Positions 8,730-14,741 of a stretch of 24,000 nucleotides of DNA are shown in pieces (positions within the stretch are counted from its first letter, which is position 1; the number at the start of each line of letters is the position of its first letter). Location: assembly GCF_042679325.1 (NCBI RefSeq), contig NZ_JBHTMJ010000012.1, positions 198,766-222,765 on the forward strand, read 5' to 3'. This stretch comes from Mucilaginibacter terrae. GTDB taxonomy: Bacteria; Bacteroidota; Bacteroidia; Sphingobacteriales; Sphingobacteriaceae. Both the position numbers and the translations under genes were made by a program. The notes under the pieces were generated by a model that was not told the DNA's origin, did not search any database, and worked only from the letters and a program-made list of their open reading frames with translations.

Positions 8730-8755
8730 GTCGCAGCTTACAACCAAACCTTACA
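8730..8755 (-). promoter_or_regulatory. Candidate ECF-type promoter of the YHS-YHS-DoxX-DinB-NRDE/ATP-grasp-Trx operon
   Basis: On the minus strand this reads TGTAAGG (8755-8749), then 15 nt, then CGAC (8733-8730). It lies 26 nt upstream of the ATG at 8703. The same bipartite motif occurs at four other start-proximal sites. Confidence 0.7.
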
Positions 8756-8766
8756 ATAAATTTATT

Positions 8767-8792
8767 TGTAAGGAAAGCTGTTGCGGCGCGAC
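8767..8792 (+). promoter_or_regulatory. Candidate ECF-type promoter of the DM13/beta-barrel operon
   Basis: TGTAAGG (8767-8773), then 15 nt, then CGAC (8789-8792), 28 nt upstream of the ATG at 8821. Confidence 0.7.
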
Positions 8793-8820
8793 CAAACCGT
8801 AAAACCTAATAATTGAGATC

Positions 8821-9255
8821 ATGAAACATTTAATTTATTTAAGCGCTGTAATTGCACTTGCAGTGAGTTTTACCGGCTGTAAAAAAGAAACTACCCCTAT
8901 GGTAGCGCTCAATGAAAAAGTGGACGTTACTATATCTAAACCCGAAACCAGCAGCAGCAGTTTCAGGAACGGTGCTTACGGCTCTGTAACCGGTACCGCC
9001 CGCGTATATGAAACGAATGGTAAATACCAATTAGCATTGGAAAACTTTACCAGCAGCAATGGGCCCGATCTTAAAGTGTATATCAGCAAAGAGCAGCAAC
9101 CTGTTAACTTTGTGAATTTGGGTTCCTTAAAATCTACCGCAGGCAACCAATTGTACGATATACCGGTTAGCATCAATGTTAAAGAATATACGTACGCGCT
9201 GATTTATTGCCAGCAATACAGTCATTTATTCGGTTATACCCAATTCACTTATTAA
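8821..9255 (+). CDS. DM13-domain lipoprotein
   Basis: It has a lipobox (SFTGC) and DM13-like core GTARVYETNGKYQLALENFTSSNGPDLKVYISKE. Confidence 0.75.
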   Translation: MKHLIYLSAVIALAVSFTGCKKETTPMVALNEKVDVTISKPETSSSSFRNGAYGSVTGTARVYETNGKYQLALENFTSSNGPDLKVYISKEQQPVNFVNLGSLKSTAGNQLYDIPVSINVKEYTYALIYCQQYSHLFGYTQFTY

Positions 9256-9257
9256 GT

Positions 9258-10172
9258 ATGAAAAAGATATACCTTACTTGCATTGCCCTGCTATGCACGG
9301 CTTACAGTTTTGCCCAAGGTTGCAGTGATGCAGGCTTTTGCAGCCTTAGCGTGCTAAAAAATAATATTACCGATTCGGCCAACCATACGTTAAGTTTCGG
9401 TTTAAATTATGGTGTTGGCAAAGAGCAAACCAATATTACCAATGCTTACGTGGAATATGGCACCAAGATTAATAGTCGTTTATCATTCCAATCCAAACTC
9501 ACCGCTACTTATGCTACCGGCTTTTTAGGCAGCGCTTTTGATATCGGTGATATTTATGGCACACTCAATTACTCCTTTAAAACAAAGGCTAATTACAGTA
9601 TCAATATCATCGGAGGCGTTAAAGTTCCGCTTACCTCGGGTAATCATAAAAATAAGGATGGTAAACCGCTACCGCTGGATTATCAGGCCAGCATAAGTAC
9701 GTATGATGCTATTGGTGGGATCAATTATATTGTTAACCACAGTTGGGAGTTTGATGCCGGGATACAAGTGCCGGTGATACAAGTTAATAAAAGTACCTAC
9801 TTCCCGGATGAATATAGCGACCCAAGGGCAAAAGAATTTGCGCCAACCAATAATTTCAAGCGCAAAAGTGATATACTTGGCCGCATTGGCTATTATATTC
9901 AGTTTTCGGCATCAAACATCACCCTAAAACCAAGCTTGCTGGGTATCTACCATTTAGGAACTGATACTTATGAGGACCGCTTTGGTCAAATAACTGCGAT
10001 AACCGGATCAGATGGGTTTACGCTGAACGGCAGTATAGTTGGCACTAAAAAGTTCAATAATGGAAATAGCCTGGAAGTGCTTGTTGCTACGCCGTTTATT
10101 GTACGCAAAGTACGACCCGATGGATTGACCCGCGTAGGCGTGATCAATTTGCAATACACCATAGCCTTTTAA
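9258..10172 (+). CDS. Secreted hypothetical protein, probable outer-membrane beta-barrel
   Basis: I chose the start at MKKIYLTCIALL (9258), two nt after the DM13 stop. It has a signal peptide (SFAQG), alternating beta-strand-like patterns and a C-terminal aromatic residue (YTIAF). The mature N-terminus carries GCSDAGFCS. I recognise no family. Confidence 0.55.
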   Translation: MKKIYLTCIALLCTAYSFAQGCSDAGFCSLSVLKNNITDSANHTLSFGLNYGVGKEQTNITNAYVEYGTKINSRLSFQSKLTATYATGFLGSAFDIGDIYGTLNYSFKTKANYSINIIGGVKVPLTSGNHKNKDGKPLPLDYQASISTYDAIGGINYIVNHSWEFDAGIQVPVIQVNKSTYFPDEYSDPRAKEFAPTNNFKRKSDILGRIGYYIQFSASNITLKPSLLGIYHLGTDTYEDRFGQITAITGSDGFTLNGSIVGTKKFNNGNSLEVLVATPFIVRKVRPDGLTRVGVINLQYTIAF

Positions 10173-10277
10173 AACTTTAAACTAAATAAACTGGTGAATA
10201 TTAAAACACAAGGTAGGTAAACATATCTGCATGCGTTTAAATCACAGCCCATAGTCTATATTCGGGGCCACCATTGC

Positions 10278-11060
10278 TTACAATCCCGAATAATAATCAT
10301 AACCCTCCCTGGCCCAGTAATCGGGCGGGCGGGTGTTACTGAAAGTCATAGAGCCGATACGCTTTAAATTTTTTATGCCATACTTAACCGGTATAATCAG
10401 TCGTAAAGGCGCTCCATGATTATGTGGGATAGGCCGGCCATTCATTTCATAGGCTAATATTGTTTGGGGATGAATGGCGCTGGGCATGTCCAGCCCAACC
10501 TGGTATTCCCCATCAGGGGTTATTAAGCCCATGTATTGCATTTTAATCTCTTCAGCCAGCCCAAAGTATTCAATAAAGTCAATCATTTTTAGGCCACCCC
10601 AGTATTGGATCTGGTCCCAGCCCTCCACACATTTGAAATCATAAACGATCTCTGTTTTTGGCAAAGCTTTGATCTGATCGATAGTAATGTGCACAACCTC
10701 GCCGCCTGATTTTTTTACCTCCATCTTCCAGCCGGCAATGTCAATGTTACTTTCCAAGCCAATGTTGCTGTTTTGCCGTACGTTTTTGGCCGCCATTGCT
10801 TTTGGATAAGTTTTAACTAAATGATTATTGCTAAAAAAATTTCGGAAAAAGAGTTCCGTTTTATTCAACGCACGACGTAGCGGCACTTGCGCCCCACCTG
10901 TTATCCCGGTTGCTTCTTCAGGCGAAGTGTACAGTATTCGCCAGCCTTTATAAGCCGCAGCCGAACTCAATGCAAAAACACTCAAGGATATAAAGTTGCG
11001 CCGCTTTATCTTTTGATCAATGGTGAGGGGTTTTTTAACTTTCTTTAGGTTGTTCATCAT
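10278..11060 (-). CDS. Periplasmic molybdopterin-dependent oxidoreductase (sulfite-oxidase fold, YedY/MsrP-like)
   Basis: It has a Tat-like signal (KRRNFISLSVFALSSAAA) and the motif FKCVEGWDQ, which resembles the Mo-ligand cysteine context of YedY-type enzymes. It overlaps the upstream cytochrome b gene by 26 nt. Confidence 0.85.
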   Translation of the reverse strand: MMNNLKKVKKPLTIDQKIKRRNFISLSVFALSSAAAYKGWRILYTSPEEATGITGGAQVPLRRALNKTELFFRNFFSNNHLVKTYPKAMAAKNVRQNSNIGLESNIDIAGWKMEVKKSGGEVVHITIDQIKALPKTEIVYDFKCVEGWDQIQYWGGLKMIDFIEYFGLAEEIKMQYMGLITPDGEYQVGLDMPSAIHPQTILAYEMNGRPIPHNHGAPLRLIIPVKYGIKNLKRIGSMTFSNTRPPDYWAREGYDYYSGL

Positions 11061-11736
11061 CCTTTGATATGTTTAAGGTTTTTGGGGTATTAACTACTTC
11101 GAAGCCTGAGATAACCGACCAGAAGTTTTTCCAGCCAGCCAATATTACCTGTATGATATGGATCAGGAAAAAGATAACATACCCAATTGTTAATATAAAG
11201 TGGATAATACGGGAGGCATGATAGCCCCCGCATAGCCAGGTAATAGTTGCAAATTGTACAGGCTTATAAATAGCAAGCCCGGTTACCAGTGAACCAAGCC
11301 CCATCAAAACTATAGCCGTGTAGGCAATGCGCTGTGCCGCGTTGTACTTATTTTGTGGCGGAAGCATTTTACGGATATGCAGGTCATGCAGCAGCACCAA
11401 CCAGGCCTCTTTAAATGACTTCCTATGCGGTACAAGTTCTCGCCATGAACCGGATATAATTGTGTAGGCTACATAGACCAAACCGTTAAGCGCAAAAAAC
11501 CACATAAATAAAAAGTGGAACGCCATGCCCTTGGCCAAATGCGCAGGTATATCCAACGCTTTGTTAAACCACTCCGGGAAAAACTTGAAATAGGTATGCC
11601 CGAATAGCGAAATGGTGTACACATCGTTACTCCAGTAAATGAGCATGCCGCTCCAAATCATAATGCTAAGCAGCGGAAAGTTGACCCAATGTGTCCAGCG
11701 CATCAGCACGGAATGCTTTTCTTTGATCGTTTTCAT
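11035..11736 (-). CDS. Membrane cytochrome b (Ni/Fe-hydrogenase / thiosulfate-reductase b-type cytochrome family)
   Basis: It begins RWTHWVNFPLLSIMIWSGMLIY and has several hydrophobic helices with conserved His residues (HFLFMWF, HFILTIGYVIFFLIHI). Confidence 0.85.
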   Translation of the reverse strand: MKTIKEKHSVLMRWTHWVNFPLLSIMIWSGMLIYWSNDVYTISLFGHTYFKFFPEWFNKALDIPAHLAKGMAFHFLFMWFFALNGLVYVAYTIISGSWRELVPHRKSFKEAWLVLLHDLHIRKMLPPQNKYNAAQRIAYTAIVLMGLGSLVTGLAIYKPVQFATITWLCGGYHASRIIHFILTIGYVIFFLIHIIQVILAGWKNFWSVISGFEVVNTPKTLNISKDDEQPKES

Positions 11737-11738
11737 CG

Positions 11739-12518
11739 TTACAGCGAAATTGGAAAGCCCGTGCGCGCGGCCGCATTAATTTTGCCTGTTTTACTATCCT
11801 GCAAAAAAGCAATCAACTCGAAATTTTTTGCCGAAAAATTAGGTGGTAATTTTATGTCATTTTCGCCCAAACTGGCGCTTACAGAAATAGTTTTAATATT
11901 AGTAACGATCTGCACGTGCGACAAACTGCGGCCGCGGTTCTCGCCGGCTTTCACTACCGTGGTTGCCTGCTTTTGTACCAACGCTAAAACTATGATGCTG
12001 CCCGATGCGGCATCGGTATGATATTTAATAGTAGCGGAGTTGTTATTGATCTTAACATCGCTCAGGGATAGCTTTACTGTAACGCTTTGTTTTAAACCCA
12101 TGCCGATTGCATTTCGCAGAGTGCCTTCCTGCGACCCAACAAATTCTGTTTGCCCATTAACAATTACCTGCGGCGTGTAAACCGAACTTAAATTCAGCCA
12201 GTTAGCATAGTTGTTTTGCCTGCGTGAGTAATCGGGACTGCTAAACACATCTTTCCAGCCCAGGCGGTTCCAGTAATCCACGTGGTAAGTCAGGATATAA
12301 ACAGGCTTACCTGTTACCTCTTGCTCTATTTTAGCCACCACAGCATCCGCCGGGGGGCAACTGGAGCAACCTTCAGAGGTAAATAACTCCACTACGGCAA
12401 ATCCTTCATCAGCAGCGGCAACTGGCTTTATTTTGTAACTGGTTTGAATAAATGCAAGAGAACTTAAACCTGCAATCTCCATGAATGCCAGCAATAAAAA
12501 TATTTTTATGGTTTTCAT
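11739..12518 (-). CDS. Secreted DUF1223-family thioredoxin-fold protein
   Basis: It has a signal peptide and the hallmark VELFTSEGCSSCPPAD. It lies 2 nt upstream of the cytochrome b gene. Confidence 0.8.
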   Translation of the reverse strand: MKTIKIFLLLAFMEIAGLSSLAFIQTSYKIKPVAAADEGFAVVELFTSEGCSSCPPADAVVAKIEQEVTGKPVYILTYHVDYWNRLGWKDVFSSPDYSRRQNNYANWLNLSSVYTPQVIVNGQTEFVGSQEGTLRNAIGMGLKQSVTVKLSLSDVKINNNSATIKYHTDAASGSIIVLALVQKQATTVVKAGENRGRSLSHVQIVTNIKTISVSASLGENDIKLPPNFSAKNFELIAFLQDSKTGKINAAARTGFPISL

Positions 12519-12539
12519 ATCGGGTATTTTACCTGTTTA

Positions 12540-12565
12540 GTCGGCTTTAAATCAGTATCCTTACA
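12540..12565 (-). promoter_or_regulatory. Candidate ECF-type promoter of the DUF1223/cytochrome b/Mo-oxidoreductase operon
   Basis: On the minus strand this reads TGTAAGG (12565-12559), then 15 nt, then CGAC (12543-12540), 21 nt upstream of the ATG at 12518. A second TGTAAG half-copy lies just upstream. Confidence 0.7.
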
Positions 12566-12595
12566 AATACTTACAGTAAATTAATGATAAATAAC

Positions 12596-12621
12596 TGTAA
12601 GGGTTATGGCATTTTAACTAC
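12596..12621 (+). promoter_or_regulatory. Candidate autoregulatory ECF-type promoter of the sigma/anti-sigma operon
   Basis: TGTAAGG (12596-12602), then 15 nt, then CTAC (12618-12621, one mismatch to CGAC), 18 nt upstream of the ATG at 12640. Confidence 0.6.
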
Positions 12622-12639
12622 TAAAGGTTGTTTACACTA

Positions 12640-13224
12640 ATGGACGATATTAAAACACCTCCCGCCGTTCAGCAGCTTAACCCCAAAAACTGGGTAAAAG
12701 CCTATGCTGATTATTTATACCTATACGCTATTAGCCGCGTAGGCGACGAAGAGCAGGCACGCGACTTGGTGCAGGAAACTTTTTTAGCCGGCCTGCAAAG
12801 TATGCACAAGTTTGCCAACAAGAGTTCCGAACGTACCTGGTTAACAGCCATACTTAAAAATAAAATTTATGATGTGTACCGGAAAAAAGCCAGCGGATTT
12901 AAAACAGAAGAGATGATAAATATAACAGGTGAAGAGCCGGATTACTTTCAAGAAGACGGGCACTGGAAGAAGGATTATGAACCACGGCAATTTGGCGTAG
13001 ATGATTTTGACCCTTTGGTGCATAAAGAACTAAACCAGGCCCTGCAAAAATGCCTGAAAAAACTACCTGCTTTATGGCTGTCTGTTTTTACGATGAAACA
13101 CATGGATGATGAAGCTACTGATTTTGTTTGTGCCGAGCTGCGATTAAGCCAGGCCAATTTTTGGGTAATTATTCACCGGGCGAAACTTAACCTGCGGGCC
13201 TGTCTGCAAAAAAACTGGATGTAA
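12640..13224 (+). CDS. ECF-family RNA polymerase sigma-70 factor
   Basis: It has region 2-like (ARDLVQETFLAGL) and region 4-like (EATDFVCAELRLSQANFWVIIHRAKLNLRACL) segments and is about 195 aa long. The track start at 12628 is a TTG codon, so I prefer the ATG at 12640. Confidence 0.9.
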   Translation: MDDIKTPPAVQQLNPKNWVKAYADYLYLYAISRVGDEEQARDLVQETFLAGLQSMHKFANKSSERTWLTAILKNKIYDVYRKKASGFKTEEMINITGEEPDYFQEDGHWKKDYEPRQFGVDDFDPLVHKELNQALQKCLKKLPALWLSVFTMKHMDDEATDFVCAELRLSQANFWVIIHRAKLNLRACLQKNWM

Positions 13225-13225
13225 G

Positions 13226-13501
13226 ATGAACGACTTTAAAAAAATAATTTATAACTGCCGAAAGGCGACCTACCTGATCGATAAAAGATTAATAGGCAGG
13301 ATAACCTTTCGCGAGACAGTTGAGCTGCGTATGCACCTTTTTGGCTGCAATGTTTGCCGTATTTACATGTGCCAAAGCCAAAAGATCAACGAGATGATCA
13401 GGCAAATGCTAAAGTCAGATCACCAGCCAGAAATAAAGTTAGACGAGAATTTTAAAGATGCCCTACAAGTAAAAATTGAGAACCAATTAAATAAAAATTG
13501 A
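13226..13501 (+). CDS. Small soluble zinc-binding anti-sigma factor (ZAS type)
   Basis: The ATG lies 1 nt after the sigma gene stop. It has Cys11 and His37-x3-Cys41-x2-Cys44 (HLFGCNVC). It has no hydrophobic transmembrane segment and is 91 aa long. Confidence 0.75.
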   Translation: MNDFKKIIYNCRKATYLIDKRLIGRITFRETVELRMHLFGCNVCRIYMCQSQKINEMIRQMLKSDHQPEIKLDENFKDALQVKIENQLNKN

Positions 13502-13506
13502 CTTTT

Positions 13507-13532
13507 TGTAAGGTTTGGTAATGATTAGCGAC
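13507..13532 (+). promoter_or_regulatory. Candidate ECF-type promoter of the Met/Lys-rich mini-protein gene
   Basis: TGTAAGG (13507-13513), then 15 nt, then CGAC (13529-13532), 27 nt upstream of the ATG at 13560. It shares the extended identity TTGTAAGGTTTGGT...CGACAAAG with the YHS promoter. Confidence 0.7.
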
Positions 13533-13559
13533 AAAGGGGCAAACACTAAATAAAAAAAC

Positions 13560-13787
13560 ATGAAAACTTACAAATCACTGATCTCGGGTTTATTATTAAC
13601 AGGCGCTTTATTTCTTGCGTTCAATGTTAACGCTGCTCCTTTTCAAGACAAAATGTCTAAGATGAAAAAAGACTCTATGGAGATGAAAAAAAAGGAGATG
13701 AAAAAAATGGACAAGATGAAGATGGACAAGAAGAAGATGGACAAGAAAAAAATGAAAAAAGATACCTCGAAAATGGGTAAAATGTAA
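13560..13787 (+). CDS. Secreted Met/Lys-rich repeat mini-protein (MxKDx-like pentapeptide repeats)
   Basis: It has a signal peptide (FNVNA|AP). The predicted 50-aa mature part contains 12 Met and 21 Lys by my count, in units such as MKKDS, MKKKE, MDKKK and MKKDT. Confidence 0.7.
   Translation: MKTYKSLISGLLLTGALFLAFNVNAAPFQDKMSKMKKDSMEMKKKEMKKMDKMKMDKKKMDKKKMKKDTSKMGKM
13653..13784 (+). repeat. Purine-rich low-complexity coding repeat (ATG/AAR/GAY units)
   Basis: It contains imperfect tandem units such as atggacaagaagaag / atggacaagaaaaaa. These encode the Met/Lys-rich tail. Confidence 0.6.
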
Positions 13788-14741
13788 TATGCAGTTGATT
13801 GCGAGGTTATTATTGCTTTCCATACGAAGAGGGGCTTTTACCCTTTTTTATATCAGGCAAACTAATGCTATGCTATCGAGATCAAATATGCCTAATCGAT
13901 TCAGATCTGATCGTTGGTATGGAGCACAATTTCCAGGTAATTACCTGCATTTAATATAATAACTGGCTGCCTGCGGTGCAGGTACAAGTACCCGTCAAAT
14001 TAAAGGACCATAGGTAATTAGAAATTAAAAGGCCTCAAATTAAAATTTGAGGCCTTTTAATTGTTTTTGTTATATGCGGAGAGTTAGGGTTCAGAACCTA
14101 AGCTCCTATGCTTTGATTAACAGTGCTTTGCATTTTGAAAAGTTCCCTACTTTACGAATTACGCAAATAGCAAGTTACTCTAATTGTTAAATTGAATATA
14201 CTGTATTTAACGATTCTCATAAAGATTTTCTATTCTTGAAATGAAGTTACTTTCTTGTAAGTATAAACCATCCCAGGTGATATTGAGGATGTGGAATTAT
14301 TATTTAAAAATTAAGTGGCGATAACTTAAGAGCTCTAATATAGATTTATCTTAAAGGTTTTATTATGGTGTTCGCAATTTGAATAAAAGCATTTACCTTA
14401 CCGCTAAACCGTATTATATTGAGTTTTTTTTAAAAGCTTTATCGATGCGCATAAATATTTATAAGCAGTTCGAATTCGTTAAGTTTCAATGCTTTGTTGT
14501 GGTCTTTAATCCAGCTTATATCCTTAAAAGTGGCAGGTGGTATAATAATGGACAAAAACATATTTTGTGGTAATAAGCACTAAGCAGCCTAATCCCAATT
14601 CATCTTTTATCTTCTCAGGGATAATTCCATTACATAATTTATTGTATTAAACTTAGTCTTAATGATTATAAAATTATCTTAAAAAGAAAATTTTGATAAA
14701 AACCAAACTTACACTTCGGCGTTACTTACATAAAACAACAC
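13788..14741. other. ORF-poor AT-rich spacer at the left border of the glycosyltransferase block
   Basis: About 0.95 kb without a convincing gene. One hand-counted 60-nt line (14581-14640) was about 32% GC. It contains the strong hairpin at 14027-14058. Confidence 0.6.
14027..14058. terminator. Strong, potentially bidirectional intrinsic terminator hairpin
   Basis: AAAAGGCCTCAAAT-taaa-ATTTGAGGCCTTTT forms a perfect 14-bp stem with a 4-nt loop. It has A-run and T-run flanks and is followed by ttgtttttgtt. Confidence 0.7.

Noticed and set aside
13820-13850. A weak hairpin, AAGAGGG-gctttta-CCCTTTTTT, just downstream of the Met-rich gene, considered as its terminator.
   Set aside because: The stem is only 3-4 solid base pairs with a mismatch. 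The 14-bp hairpin at 14027-14058 is a far better terminator candidate, so I did not list this one as a feature.
13934-13947. A perfect 14-bp palindrome, CAGGTAATTACCTG, with a partial repeat AGGTAATTA at 14012-14020, in the spacer downstream of the Met-rich gene.
   Set aside because: It could be an operator, but no gene start lies nearby and short palindromes arise easily in AT-rich DNA. Nothing else supports a function.
14078-14106. A hairpin, GGAGAGTTAGG-gttcagaa-CCTAAGCTCC, whose loop resembles a tRNA T-loop (GTTCAGAA). I considered it as a tRNA or tRNA-fragment att site at the island border.
   Set aside because: I could not fold a D-arm, anticodon arm or full acceptor stem around it. The stem has an internal mismatch and the loop is 8 nt. 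The evidence is insufficient for a tRNA gene or remnant.
14379-14573. A 64-aa plus-strand ORF in the AT-rich spacer, and a 40-aa minus-strand ORF (14439..14561, MFLSIIIPPATFKDISWIKDHNKALKLNEFELLINIYAHR) antisense to it.
   Set aside because: Neither has a recognisable family, a signal, or a convincing upstream promoter or RBS context. The minus-strand peptide looks protein-like and might be a gene remnant, but I cannot support a call without a homology search.
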